Source of the DNA: Candidatus Poribacteria bacterium
Lineage (GTDB): Bacteria; Poribacteria; WGA-4E; WGA-3G
Direction: 5' to 3'
NCBI GenBank assembly: GCA_965220325.1
Contig: OZ244821.1
Location: forward strand, 5,189,644 to 5,253,643
DNA length: 64,000 nucleotides
Position 1 is the first letter of the stretch, and every line of letters begins with the position of its first letter. The position numbers and the translations under genes were made by a program. Shown here in pieces: positions 1-9,969 of this stretch. The notes under the pieces were generated by a model, which was not told where the DNA came from, made no database searches, and saw only the letters and a program-made list of their open reading frames with translations.

Positions 1-347
1 GCGACAGATGGTGGCTGAACAATTCAGCGGCGCAGCAGGTCGCTATAAATTATTGGTTCTTCGAGTCGCACGATGAAGCCTGCACAGCGGCTGACGAAGG
101 TAGATTACGCCTTTCAGCATTGACCATGCCAGCATTCGGTGGCCGTGCCTCTATCTATCAACCGCCACCGACAGATAACCATCCGTTAGGTGACGTGGTA
201 TGGCAGGCTGGTGCGAATTTTCTCTTCGTTCACGAGAGTGTCGTCGTCTTGGTTGCGGAAATCGGCAAGAAAGTGTCCGCAGAAACGACCCTCCGCATCG
301 CTCGAAAAGTCCGTGAAAAAATTGACAGCGCGTTACTATCAAAATAG
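1..347 (+). CDS. hypothetical protein, 5'-truncated by window edge
   Basis: Frame 3 is open from position 3 (DRWWLNNSAAQQ...) through the listed ORF 120..347 to TAG; convergent with the aldolase gene. Confidence 0.6.
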   Translation, partial: DRWWLNNSAAQQVAINYWFFESHDEACTAADEGRLRLSALTMPAFGGRASIYQPPPTDNHPLGDVVWQAGANFLFVHESVVVLVAEIGKKVSAETTLRIARKVREKIDSALLSK

Positions 348-368
348 TACCTGCGCTGTCAGATAGGT

Positions 369-1433
369 TTAATAGTCTTGATACCACGTTGCGGACTGTT
401 TAGCGACCTTAACGTTTCCAGCACCGCCGAATTGACGGTGTTTGAACCAGGGTAGTGCGTTTTCGGCTGCTGCGTTGGCGTTCTTGAAGTTGGTCGTTGC
501 CTCATTTTCAAGGAATTTTTTGACCGCGTCCGTATCAGGATAGTAGTTGACGGCTTCTTTCCAGATAGCGCGTCCGCAGAGGAAACCGCTTGCGCCAGCA
601 TCGGTTGCGAGATTAACGTTCTCAATAAACTCCTCAATATCCACCCCAGCACTGAGAATAACCCACGGTAGCGTTGACGTTTCATCTAATTTCTGACAGG
701 CATCCTTCACTTCGGCGAGTTCATACACCGATTCTCCCGCATAAAAACTGGCGTTTTGATACGCTGCAGTGTACTTCAGGTCGGCGGGGAATTCCAATTT
801 GAGGATGTCAACCTTGTAGCTTGGATCTATGAATTCGGCGACACTCCTGATAACGAGGTCCGGTTTCTGTTTTGCAAAGGCAGCACTCTTCGTAGTGCCT
901 TCAAGTGCATAACTGACCAATTCCAACAAGAACGGCAGATCGTGCTTTTCGCATGCGTCCCCGACGTGGCGAACAAAGGCTTGCTGATGTTCGAGCGTTT
1001 CAGCGGAGGCATCCGGATGGTAGTAGGCGAGAAGTTTAATAGCATCCGCGCCGGCGCGTTGTGCCTTCCCAATAGTCCAGTTTTCGATCGGGTTAGAGAG
1101 ACGCTCGTTCTCGGCGACCCCTTCACTGACATAGCCAGATTCTTCGTACGCCAAAAGTAAGGCGACATCGCGGGGGACCTCGGTAATGGAATAGGGGTGT
1201 CCGTAAATTGGATCGGTGAGAACAGCGGTGGCATTCGGTGTCAGGATGCGAGTAATGAGCGTTTTGATCGCTGCGACATCTTCATATTGGACATCAGTTT
1301 TGTCTGTGTTGAGTGCATCTGCGAGTGCCTGTACCATGGAGCCGCGTTGATCAATTGCCATCATTTTAAAGCGCCCATTCGCATCTGCGAGTTTCATGAT
1401 ACCCCGCAATTTACCAGAGGAAATATCGTTCAT
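369..1433 (-). CDS. lacD: tagatose-1,6-bisphosphate aldolase-like class I aldolase (LacD family)
   Basis: Motifs MAIDQRGS, AIKLLAYYHPD, VDILKLEFP, WVILSAGV, GFLCGRAIWK; substrate uncertain (family also includes sulfo-sugar aldolases). Confidence 0.8.
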   Translation of the reverse strand: MNDISSGKLRGIMKLADANGRFKMMAIDQRGSMVQALADALNTDKTDVQYEDVAAIKTLITRILTPNATAVLTDPIYGHPYSITEVPRDVALLLAYEESGYVSEGVAENERLSNPIENWTIGKAQRAGADAIKLLAYYHPDASAETLEHQQAFVRHVGDACEKHDLPFLLELVSYALEGTTKSAAFAKQKPDLVIRSVAEFIDPSYKVDILKLEFPADLKYTAAYQNASFYAGESVYELAEVKDACQKLDETSTLPWVILSAGVDIEEFIENVNLATDAGASGFLCGRAIWKEAVNYYPDTDAVKKFLENEATTNFKNANAAAENALPWFKHRQFGGAGNVKVAKQSATWYQDY

Positions 1434-1452
1434 TGAATTCTCCTGTTTTAGT

Positions 1453-1603
1453 GGTTATAAGTTATAGGTTATAAGTCCGTTTTCTGATGCTTGATCATCT
1501 CTTTATTAACCGTCGTTTCCGAATCGAAGCACCGACGGTTACCAAAATATATTGAACAATTAGCCTCTCTTAACTAAAAACTTATAACTTATAACTAATG
1601 ACT
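1453..1603. repeat. heptamer (GTTATAA/TTATAAC) inverted-arm intergenic element
   Basis: GTTATAA-type x3 at 1454-1474, inverted TTATAAC-type arm at 1571-1603; same arms recur inverted at 51984-52137. Confidence 0.75.
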
Positions 1604-1609
1604 CCCGTT

Positions 1610-2674
1610 TCAATATTCACGTTCGACGAAAAAATTGATTAGCGATAAAAAGAGCTGCTTTGCCCGCCCGTCTGGGAGGTGGGCATAATCATTTTTAAAT
1701 TTTCCAGCGGCTTCGTGTAACAGTGCTTGAGAACGCCGCTGCGCGTAAGTGATGGATTTATATTTACGCATCAACTGGAGTACGCGCTCGACCTCTGTCT
1801 CAGTTTTTGCGTCCCGGGGGCGTGCCATAATGTCAATTACTTGTTGTGCTTCTCCCTCGGTGCAAGCATTGATAAGGTGAATGAGGACAAGCGTGCGTTT
1901 GCCTTCACTAATATCGCCAGCGATCTCTTTTCCGTATCTACCGACATCACCGATGAGGTTAAGGACATCGTCCTGAATTTGGAATGCGATGCCGAGTTCT
2001 TTACCGAGTTCGACGAGTCCGTCTATTTCAGTTTCATTTGCGCCGCCGATGATTGCGCCGACACGACACGGCGTGATGCAGGTGTACCAAGCGGTTTTCT
2101 GGACACACATTGTCAAGTAGTCGTCTTCGTCGAGATTCCACCGATTATCGCTGACCCAACTCAGTTCGATGTGTTGTCCTTCAACGACTTGGTTGCTGAG
2201 TTGTATAAATTCAGATAAGATACGGAATGCGAGTTCGTGTCCGAGAATCTCGGTGTTTCGGTGTAGCATCTCCCACATTTTGCAGTGGAGTGCGTCTCCG
2301 ACGTTAATCGCCATCGGAATTCCGTGTTTTTGATGAAGGCAGGGTTCCCCGCGTCGGAGTTCGGACCCGTCTTCAATATCATCGTGGATGAGGAGCCAAT
2401 TCTGTAGGAGTTCGAGCGAGGCGGCGGTATTGACGGCGCGTTCCGGGTTTCCACCGAACGCCTCACACATCAGCATACAGAGAGCGGGACGCAACCCTTT
2501 GGCGGCGCGGCGGGGATAGTCTAATATCATCTGGTACAACTGATGTACATCCGGGTGCTCATGAGCAGTCGGGAGAAAATCGAAGATACAGGCATCAACT
2601 TTACTTTTAATTTCGCTGAGATATGTGGTGACAAGGTGCTTTGTTGGTGAGATATCCTGTCCGGTTTTCTGCAT
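1610..2674 (-). CDS. polyprenyl diphosphate synthase (GGPP synthase-like)
   Basis: FARM LIHDDIEDGSELRRG, SARM FQIQDDVL, GDISEGKRT. Confidence 0.9.
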   Translation of the reverse strand: MQKTGQDISPTKHLVTTYLSEIKSKVDACIFDFLPTAHEHPDVHQLYQMILDYPRRAAKGLRPALCMLMCEAFGGNPERAVNTAASLELLQNWLLIHDDIEDGSELRRGEPCLHQKHGIPMAINVGDALHCKMWEMLHRNTEILGHELAFRILSEFIQLSNQVVEGQHIELSWVSDNRWNLDEDDYLTMCVQKTAWYTCITPCRVGAIIGGANETEIDGLVELGKELGIAFQIQDDVLNLIGDVGRYGKEIAGDISEGKRTLVLIHLINACTEGEAQQVIDIMARPRDAKTETEVERVLQLMRKYKSITYAQRRSQALLHEAAGKFKNDYAHLPDGRAKQLFLSLINFFVEREY

Positions 2675-2776
2675 TGTTTTCCTTACGTTTCGCGCCGTTT
2701 TTCTGTTTTAACCCAGCCCTCCCATGTCTCCTCGGGTATTGAGCAGGAGCGTCAAGTTTTATGAAGCATTGATTTA

Positions 2777-2880
2777 ATGAAGATTAACTAAATATTTCGG
2801 TAATCCTTACGGATCGCGAGCCCAGCTCGCTCCTACAATAAGAAGTTGCTGTATTACCGAATTAAATTCTTAAATTTCAT
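2777..2880. mobile_element. MITE-like element: ATGAAG...CGGTAAT terminal inverted repeats around a GTAGGAGCGAG REP core
   Basis: atgaagattaactaaatatttcggtaat ... attaccgaattaaattcttaaatttcat; related copies at 39952-40021 (half) and 44818-44976. Confidence 0.6.
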
Positions 2881-2984
2881 CAAATCCTGCTTTAAAATTA
2901 TACCACACAGTATGATGAAAATCAAATTTTTCGCTGTGCCGTATTTTGGTTTTCAGTTCTATCGTTAGGTGTTACGTGTTGTTC

Positions 2985-3221
2985 CTACAATTCGTCCAAA
3001 TCAATGGCGATGAATCGGTATCCGAAGGGTTTTATGCGTTCAACCAAAGTCTCTCGCAATTGGAGTGCCAGTGCAAATTGTGCATCCGAGACCTGTATCC
3101 GCAAAACCGGATCGTGGTCAAAGAGTGAGACATCTTCGAGTTGGAATTCGTGGAGGAGCTGCTCGATTTGTGTCAATACTGTCGGCTTCTCGTCCTGCTC
3201 TGGACTGTTCTCTTTTTCCAT
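2985..3221 (-). CDS. small protein resembling the C-terminal domain of LarE
   Basis: HDPVLRIQV...RETLVERIKPFGYRFIAIDL resembles the LarE C-terminal pattern; ATG directly abuts the stop codon of the upstream SDR. Confidence 0.55.
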   Translation of the reverse strand: MEKENSPEQDEKPTVLTQIEQLLHEFQLEDVSLFDHDPVLRIQVSDAQFALALQLRETLVERIKPFGYRFIAIDLDEL

Positions 3222-4028
3222 TTAAGAACGTCGCCTCCAATCGCTGCCTGCCATGAACCCACCATCAACGAAGACCATCTGCCCGGTGACGAAATCAGAA
3301 GCGTTAGATGCGAAGAAGATCGTCAAACCTGCTAAATCCTCAGGTTCACCCCAGCGATAGGCGGGTGTCCGATTGAGGATCCATTCGTTGCGACTGTCTT
3401 CACGTGCGGGAGCCGTCATCTCTGTCCTGATGAAGCCGGGTGCGATACCGTTTACCTGAATGTTGTATTCTGCCCACTCTACGGCGAGGAGTTTTGTGAG
3501 TTGGAGGAGTCCGCCCTTTGCTGCTGTGTAGGCGACGCTCGTCGGTAGTCCGATGGCTGAGGTAAGCGATAAGGTGTTGATGACCTTGCCGGACTTCTGC
3601 TCTTTCATGACATTGCCGCAGGCTTTCGCGAGGAAGAACGCACCTTTGAGATTGACATCTGTGACGAAATCCCAGTCCGCTTCAGTGAATTCCATTGCAG
3701 GGTTACGGATATTGACACCGGCATTGTTAACGAGTATGTCGATTCTACCGAAGGTTTCTACGGTTTGTGCGACGAGTGTGTCGATTTCTGAGAGGTTCCC
3801 GACATCCGCCTGAATCGGCAAGATTTTTCTACCGGTTTCGTCGGCAATTCGTTCTGCGATGGGTGTCAACGTTTCAATTTTCCTGCCGACGATAACGAGG
3901 TCAGACCCTGCCCCGGCAAGACCTTCTGCCATTGCAAGCCCAATCCCCCGACTCGCGCCAGTGACGAGGCTTACTTTATTCTCCAATTGAAATTGCTGGA
4001 CCATGTTTATGGCAGATTTCTGGTGCAT
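3222..4028 (-). CDS. short-chain dehydrogenase/reductase (gluconate 5-dehydrogenase/KduD-like)
   Basis: TGASRGIG, NNAG, YTAAKGG, NGIAPG, VDGG motifs. Confidence 0.9.
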   Translation of the reverse strand: MHQKSAINMVQQFQLENKVSLVTGASRGIGLAMAEGLAGAGSDLVIVGRKIETLTPIAERIADETGRKILPIQADVGNLSEIDTLVAQTVETFGRIDILVNNAGVNIRNPAMEFTEADWDFVTDVNLKGAFFLAKACGNVMKEQKSGKVINTLSLTSAIGLPTSVAYTAAKGGLLQLTKLLAVEWAEYNIQVNGIAPGFIRTEMTAPAREDSRNEWILNRTPAYRWGEPEDLAGLTIFFASNASDFVTGQMVFVDGGFMAGSDWRRRS

Positions 4029-4053
4029 ATTTTGCCTCCGATCTCAGGCCTGA

Positions 4054-5253
4054 TTACTCAGCTGGACCATCCTGTTTTATATATTGGTGCAATAGGTCCG
4101 TACCAATTACCTTTACTTTCCCGTTGTGCTCCTCTGCAAGAGAAACAAGTAGTTTCGCACCAGGTGAACGTTTTATGTCAATCTCAAGGGCAACCACATA
4201 AATAATAGCGTTATTGACATTCTTCTCCCGCACTTTCTCAAGAATTACGTCTTTATTGACCTCAATAGGATAGTCAAGACTCGCTGTAGGAAGCCCATCA
4301 GTTATCAAAACAATAACAGATGGATCCAATGTTAGCGCAACCTCAAGTGCGGTGAGAATATTCGTGTTCTTATTTTCCAAAATGCTCTCAGGCGTGAATT
4401 TATCAAGGTACTTCAAGGTGCGTTCTATATTTACACCATTCGCGGGTAGCATCTTCTGGCTCATCGCTCTCGCCGTTTTAGAAAACGTTACCAAATTCAA
4501 GGTGTCTTCATTTCCAAGCATTAACACAGAATTTTTGAGAGAACGGACAGCAAGAAACAGTTTTCTCAATCCGGCTGCCTGCATGCTTGCTGACACATCA
4601 AGGCAGTAGACAATATCCTTGGGACCGCCGAATTCATTGAGGAAGTCGATAATACCGAGTCGGTCAGAGATACCGTCTTTTCCACCGCCGCCGAGGAGTC
4701 CATCGCCGCCGCCTTGACCATCGCCGCGGAATCGACCGCTTCCATCACCGCGTGCTCGGACTCTGCCTGTAACGAGACCGCGTCCGTCGGTGCGTCCGGG
4801 TTGTGAGATTAACCTGCTGAGGTTCGACGCTTCCGCATCGCGCAACTGGGCATCCGTCATGACTTCTGGGATAATCTCACTTATGGGGGCGCTGTTAACT
4901 TCGACATCTTCAAGGACAACGCGCGGACTGAGTTTGACGACTTCATCCATCTTGTTCCGAGCGGTTTCAATTTTCCTATCTATCGCATCTCTGGCGAGTT
5001 CTTCGTTCGGATCATACATCTTTTTCGTGAGCGGCGGTTTCGGTCTCTGTTTCCGTTTCTTAGGTGCTTCTGCGTCGTTAAGCAGATCAATCGCAAAAAC
5101 ATCCATATTTTCTTCGGCGATTCGACTGACTGGGAGGAATAGGTAGACGATAATAATGATCATGTGTAAGATAAGCGATAGCAAGAGAACAGATCGCAAC
5201 CGATTCCTACGTCGTTGTGCGTCAATTCGCCAATTGGTGAGTCGATTTAACAC
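4054..5253 (-). CDS. membrane-anchored VWA-domain protein
   Basis: N-terminal TM (SLILHMIII), Gly-rich linker, MIDAS DVSASM, LITDGLP. Confidence 0.8.
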   Translation of the reverse strand: MLNRLTNWRIDAQRRRNRLRSVLLLSLILHMIIIIVYLFLPVSRIAEENMDVFAIDLLNDAEAPKKRKQRPKPPLTKKMYDPNEELARDAIDRKIETARNKMDEVVKLSPRVVLEDVEVNSAPISEIIPEVMTDAQLRDAEASNLSRLISQPGRTDGRGLVTGRVRARGDGSGRFRGDGQGGGDGLLGGGGKDGISDRLGIIDFLNEFGGPKDIVYCLDVSASMQAAGLRKLFLAVRSLKNSVLMLGNEDTLNLVTFSKTARAMSQKMLPANGVNIERTLKYLDKFTPESILENKNTNILTALEVALTLDPSVIVLITDGLPTASLDYPIEVNKDVILEKVREKNVNNAIIYVVALEIDIKRSPGAKLLVSLAEEHNGKVKVIGTDLLHQYIKQDGPAE

Positions 5254-5328
5254 GGGGTAAGCCCTCCACGTTTTTCTCCGATGGCTATGCCTAAGCAGTA
5301 TGGACCTCGGAACAATAGATTTTGAGAT

Positions 5329-5856
5329 TTATGATACCTGTGTTCTTTGTGAGGTTTGTTGGTTTTCAAAAGCCTGAATCCACGTTTCGCCTTCCGGTGT
5401 CAGCTCGTAATAGGTATGATTACGGTGCTTGATCCATTTGCCTTTAACGATATTCTTACGATAATGGATTACACGTCCTTGCACCCTTTGGAGCCCACCG
5501 AGTTCCCTTAATTTCCGGTGTCGCTGATGCATCTCCTCAAGCGGAAGCCTTAAAGCCTCAGCGACCACAATAGAGTAGTCCATTCCGAATTCCTGATGGT
5601 GCTTGAGGATAAAATAGTCGGTTTCATCAAGTTCAGCGAATTCAGGTGCAAGGGTAGCAGGTGCCGCCGCCATCTCGGTTGTCCGAACCTCGTCCCATGC
5701 GACCGCCAGTAACCGCTCCGGTCGTAAACCTTGCACTGTGTTGCATGTGGCGTGATGGACAGTTATAGTGTTGTCCTCCTTGAAATAGCCGGTAATCGGA
5801 TCCTCTTCTTTCGGGGAACAACACTTGGCGATTTTATAAGTGAGTTCAGGAGTCAT
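5329..5856 (-). CDS. RelA/SpoT zinc-finger (CC/RIS)-like domain fused to DUF2250-like winged helix
   Basis: AKCCSP..DPITGY...TVHHATC...ERLLAVAW followed by ILKH..GMDYS...KHRNHTYYELTPEGE. Confidence 0.65.
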   Translation of the reverse strand: MTPELTYKIAKCCSPKEEDPITGYFKEDNTITVHHATCNTVQGLRPERLLAVAWDEVRTTEMAAAPATLAPEFAELDETDYFILKHHQEFGMDYSIVVAEALRLPLEEMHQRHRKLRELGGLQRVQGRVIHYRKNIVKGKWIKHRNHTYYELTPEGETWIQAFENQQTSQRTQVS

Positions 5857-5882
5857 ATTTTTGTCTATTTAAAAAATCACTG

Positions 5883-7157
5883 TTATGATTTCTCCAATGC
5901 TCTGTGACCGATGTCATTCCGAAAATGCGCTTTGTTAAAGTGGATCGCCGAGACCCCTTTATATGCCTGTTGGATTGCGTTGTGTAATCCGTCGGCGACA
6001 GCCGTGACACCTAATACTCTACCACCAGCCGTGACGATGTTTTCGCCGTCCTGTGCTGTACCTGCATGAAAGACGTTAACGCCTTCAACGGCATCGGCAT
6101 CCTCAAGACCGGTGATAATCTCACCAGTTTGATATGGATCGGGGTAGCCGCCTGAAGCCATGACGACACACGCTGCGGCTTCATCGGACCATTGGACATC
6201 ATCATGCTGTGCGAGCGTTCCATCAATACATGCCATGAGCAATGGCACGAGATCACTTTTAAGGCGCGGCAAAAGTACCTGTGCCTCTGGGTCTCCGAAT
6301 CGGCAGTTGAATTCGAGTACTTTTGGTCCGGTATCTGTAATCATCAATCCGACGTATAGTACACCTTTAAAGGGACTGTCGATGTCTGCCATGCCGTTGA
6401 TCGTTGGGTAAACGACGCGCTTCATGACATAGTCGTGCAATTCTGGCGTGATAACCGGTGCGGGAGAGTATGCCCCCATACCGCCGGTGTTCTTCCCAGT
6501 GTCCGCATCGTGTGACATCTTGTGGTCCTGGGAACTGACAAATGGGAGGCAGTGTGTCCCATCGGTAAGGACCGTAAAAGAGGCTTCTTCGCCGATCAAT
6601 TCTTCCTCAATCACCACGCTATCGCCTGCGTCCCCAAACGCTCTATCCACTAAAATAGTTGTGACGGCTTGCAATGCCTCTCTGAAGGTCCGTCCGGGGA
6701 TAACGCCTTTACCAGCGGCGAGTCCATTTGCTTTAACGAAAACAGGTTTATTTTGATCTTCGATATAAGCCATCGCTGCTTCAGCGTCCGTAAACGTCTG
6801 GTGTTCCGCTGTCGGGATACCGTTTTCGAGCATCAGTCGTTTGGCGAAGTCTTTGCTCGCTTCCAAACGTGCTGCGCGTTTATTGGGTCCAAATGCTTTC
6901 AGCCCGCGCTCACGGAAGACATCAACGATGCCTTCCGCTAACGGTGCTTCGGGACCGACAACGGTGAGTGCGATATTTTCGGATTCTGCCCAGTCTGCCA
7001 ACTCGGTAAACCGATCCGGCATAGGAATAGTTTCTGCGATTTGTGCGATGCCGGCATTGCCCGGTGCGCAATAGATTTTTTCAACAAGTTGGCTCTGGGC
7101 GAGTTTCCAGACGAGTGTGTGTTCACGTCCGCCCTGCCCGACGACCAGAATTTTCAT
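5883..7157 (-). CDS. purD: phosphoribosylamine-glycine ligase
   Basis: [47 protein letters not shown]; start set at MKIL (7157). Confidence 0.97.
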   Translation of the reverse strand: MKILVVGQGGREHTLVWKLAQSQLVEKIYCAPGNAGIAQIAETIPMPDRFTELADWAESENIALTVVGPEAPLAEGIVDVFRERGLKAFGPNKRAARLEASKDFAKRLMLENGIPTAEHQTFTDAEAAMAYIEDQNKPVFVKANGLAAGKGVIPGRTFREALQAVTTILVDRAFGDAGDSVVIEEELIGEEASFTVLTDGTHCLPFVSSQDHKMSHDADTGKNTGGMGAYSPAPVITPELHDYVMKRVVYPTINGMADIDSPFKGVLYVGLMITDTGPKVLEFNCRFGDPEAQVLLPRLKSDLVPLLMACIDGTLAQHDDVQWSDEAAACVVMASGGYPDPYQTGEIITGLEDADAVEGVNVFHAGTAQDGENIVTAGGRVLGVTAVADGLHNAIQQAYKGVSAIHFNKAHFRNDIGHRALEKS

Positions 7158-7217
7158 TCTACACATCCTTTCTGATTGTATTGTATCATAAAAAGTTCGG
7201 AAAATCAAACATTTTAT

Positions 7218-7246
7218 TTGACAAAGTGTATCGTATAGGTTATGCT
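7218..7246 (+). promoter_or_regulatory. sigma-70 promoter of the TA array
   Basis: TTGACA (7218-7223), 17-bp spacer, TATGCT (7241-7246); GGAGG RBS at 7261 before ATG 7273. Confidence 0.65.
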
Positions 7247-7272
7247 AATCTATAGAAAAAGGAGGCATAACG

Positions 7273-7677
7273 ATGAGAAAGTATCGAACATGGCGCGAAT
7301 ATCTAATCAAGCAACTTGCTGAGGACTGGAATGCGGCACTTGACTATATTCAATTCGCAATGGAAGAATACCAAGTTGATGGGGACACTGAAGTATTTCT
7401 GTTAGCACTCTACACCTTTGTAGAATCACAAGGTGGCGCTGCCGAGGTTGCTAAGCGAGCCGCCATAGCACCAGATACCCTGTCGAAAATCCTTTCAAGT
7501 GAAGAAGCTCCGCACCTTGACACCTTCGCGACTATTCTCAAGGCACTTGGATGTCGGCTTTCTATTGAACAGGTAAAAGCCGAGGGCTGTGATGCAGATC
7601 GCGCGGGTGTTGATACTTCGGTTGCTCCAATAGAGAGCATCACATCTGAAATGATATTGTCCGGGGATAAAAAATAA
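7273..7677 (+). CDS. HigA-like addiction-module antidote (HTH), no upstream toxin
   Basis: QGGAAEVAKRAAIAPDTLSKILSSEEAPHLDTFATILKALGCRL HTH; paralog of 8069 and 8835 ORFs. Confidence 0.8.
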   Translation: MRKYRTWREYLIKQLAEDWNAALDYIQFAMEEYQVDGDTEVFLLALYTFVESQGGAAEVAKRAAIAPDTLSKILSSEEAPHLDTFATILKALGCRLSIEQVKAEGCDADRAGVDTSVAPIESITSEMILSGDKK

Positions 7678-7733
7678 AGAGACTTGGTCATCGTACGTCA
7701 TCGTACAAAGCCGCGGCCCGAAAGAAGGCATTC

Positions 7734-8072
7734 ATGCGCGATATACAGCCCCGAAAAATAGAAGCCTATCGGATGCAAAATGGACATGTGCCTTTCACGG
7801 AATGGTTTGATTCAATTCGCGATAAAAGAGCACAGACTCGTATTGAGGCACGGCTTATTTTACTTGAGCAGGGCAATTTTGGCGATTACCGCTCTGTCGG
7901 TGGTGGCGTTTTTGAACTCCGTATCCATGTCGGAGCAGGTTATCGTGTTTATTTTGGTGAAGTAGATAGAACAATCGTGCTTTTGCTCTGTGGTGGTGAC
8001 AAGGCATCGCAGCCTCGCGATATTGCACGCGCAAAAACCTACTGGCGCGAATACAAGGAGACACAGCAATGA
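7734..8072 (+). CDS. RelE/HigB-family addiction-module killer toxin
   Basis: PFTEWFDSIRD, GNFGDYRSVGGGVFELRIHVGAGYRVYF, LLLCGGDKASQ. Confidence 0.88.
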   Translation: MRDIQPRKIEAYRMQNGHVPFTEWFDSIRDKRAQTRIEARLILLEQGNFGDYRSVGGGVFELRIHVGAGYRVYFGEVDRTIVLLLCGGDKASQPRDIARAKTYWREYKETQQ

Positions 8073-8473
8073 GAAAAATGAGAAATTGGCGAGAGTACTT
8101 AATCGAACGGCTTGCGGCTGACCGAGAGGAGGCGATTGGCTTTCTCCAAGCAGTTATGGAAGATTATCAAGTTTTCGGGAATCCTGCTGCAGTGATGAGT
8201 GCGGTTCAGGCAGTTGTTGAAGCACAAGGTGGGGTTGCAGAAGTTGCCAAACGAACCAGCATGGACCCGCAAACCCTTACGAAAGCACTATCCAGCGAAG
8301 ACACACCACGAGTTGATACACTCAGAACAATTCTCACCGGAATCGGATGTCGCCTTTCTATTGAACCGTTAAAAGCCGAGGACTGTAGTCCAGATCGCGC
8401 GGACGTGGATACTTCGGTTACACCGATAAAGGATACCAAACCTGAGATAAGACTCACTACGGATAATAAATAG
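8069..8473 (+). CDS. HigA-like addiction-module antidote
   Basis: ATGA overlap with the upstream toxin; QGGVAEVAKRTSM HTH. Confidence 0.82.
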   Translation: MRKMRNWREYLIERLAADREEAIGFLQAVMEDYQVFGNPAAVMSAVQAVVEAQGGVAEVAKRTSMDPQTLTKALSSEDTPRVDTLRTILTGIGCRLSIEPLKAEDCSPDRADVDTSVTPIKDTKPEIRLTTDNK

Positions 8474-8502
8474 AAACTCTTTCGCTACTACACGAATCAA
8501 TA

Positions 8503-8838
8503 ATGCACAACATACATCCTCAAGAATTGCAATTTTATCAGACTTCGAGCGGAAGTGTCCCGTTTATTCAATGGTTTAATGGGTTTCAAGATCAGAGAAC
8601 ACAGACAAGAATCCAGAAACGACTGCAGCATCTTGAACACGGCAATTTTGGGGATTGTCAATCTGTGGGAGACGGTGTCTTTGAGCTGCGTCTCCATTTT
8701 GGACCGGGTTACCGTATCTATTTTGGTAAAATTGATAACACAATCGTTCTTCTGCTCTGCGGTGGCGATAAATCATCACAGACCCGAGATATTGCACGAG
8801 CAAAAACCTATTGGTTGGAACATAAGGAGACAACATGA
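8503..8838 (+). CDS. RelE/HigB-family addiction-module killer toxin
   Basis: GNFGDCQSVGDGVFELRLHFGPGYRIYF, LLLCGGDKSSQ; paralog of 7734. Confidence 0.88.
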   Translation: MHNIHPQELQFYQTSSGSVPFIQWFNGFQDQRTQTRIQKRLQHLEHGNFGDCQSVGDGVFELRLHFGPGYRIYFGKIDNTIVLLLCGGDKSSQTRDIARAKTYWLEHKETT

Positions 8839-9239
8839 TAAAAGAATATCCGAAATGGCGTAATTTTTTACTGGGGAAACTTGCCAGACGTGAGGCGGCG
8901 ATTGATTATCTCCACATCACATTAGAAGAATACCAAGCTGATAGCGATACATCTTTCTTTTTAAAAGAAATCCAAACAGTTGTAGAAGCACAAGGTGGAA
9001 CTGCGGCGATCGCCAAACGAGCTGCGATGTCGCCAGAAACACTGTCGAAAATCCTTTCAAGCGAAGAAGCTCCACACCTTGACACCTTTGCGACTATTCT
9101 CAAGGCACTTGGATGCAGGCTTTCAATCGAACCGCTAAAAGCCGAGGACTGTGGTCCAGATCGCGCGGATATGGATACTTCGGTTACACCAATAAAGGAT
9201 ACCAAACCTGAGATAGCACTCACTACAGATAATAAATAG
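8835..9239 (+). CDS. HigA-like addiction-module antidote
   Basis: ATGA overlap with the toxin; HTH nearly identical to the 7273 ORF. Confidence 0.82.
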   Translation: MIKEYPKWRNFLLGKLARREAAIDYLHITLEEYQADSDTSFFLKEIQTVVEAQGGTAAIAKRAAMSPETLSKILSSEEAPHLDTFATILKALGCRLSIEPLKAEDCGPDRADMDTSVTPIKDTKPEIALTTDNK

Positions 9240-9300
9240 GAGCAGCACATAAGAACAGTCCAAAATTTGGCTTAGGACACATTGACAGAGGTTTTGAATT

Positions 9301-9969
9301 ATGCACACATACACATTTTCACAACTCTCGGAAGAGACGCTTAAGACACTCGTAACGTTGGATGGAAAGGACATCCCCCCAGAAGCATGGGAGAAAATGC
9401 AAATAGTTCTCACTGCAGAAGAGGGCAGACAGCTGGAAGAACTTAAATCAAAATTGCGTCACCGTCACCTACTTGTCATGAACGAAGCTACCCTCTGGGC
9501 GCGCGCGATTTATCCGATGTTGATGCTTGCAGAACAAGGAAATGTTCAAGCATGGAGCAGTGTCCCATTAAAAGCCACATACCCGACGTTTGAATTGGAA
9601 GGTGAGGCAGATGGGGTGCTCGCCCCTTCTCTCGGTGGGAGAATTCAACCGCCTTATTTGATTGTGCATGAAGCGAAGCGCGGTCTGCATGCGCCGGATC
9701 CGCTGTACCATCTCTCCGGTGAGATGCTTGCTGCAGCATGGCTCAATTGGGAACGAGCCCCAAATCCCGAACAAGAAATCTTCGGATGCTACACGGTCAA
9801 TGACAGTTGGGTATTCGTACGCGGTGTCGTCAGCAATATTGAAACCGACAAGCCAAGACTCACACTTGAATTTTCACCGGATTACAACGGGATTTTGGAT
9901 GCAGAACAGATCGTCCAACTTCTGAAGTTTATCGTTGCCAAGCACTTAGAGGAGAAAAAAAATGGCTGA
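9301..9969 (+). CDS. hypothetical protein, possible PD-(D/E)XK nuclease fold
   Basis: NEATL...LEGEADGVLA...IVHEAKRG pattern. Confidence 0.5.
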   Translation: MHTYTFSQLSEETLKTLVTLDGKDIPPEAWEKMQIVLTAEEGRQLEELKSKLRHRHLLVMNEATLWARAIYPMLMLAEQGNVQAWSSVPLKATYPTFELEGEADGVLAPSLGGRIQPPYLIVHEAKRGLHAPDPLYHLSGEMLAAAWLNWERAPNPEQEIFGCYTVNDSWVFVRGVVSNIETDKPRLTLEFSPDYNGILDAEQIVQLLKFIVAKHLEEKKNG

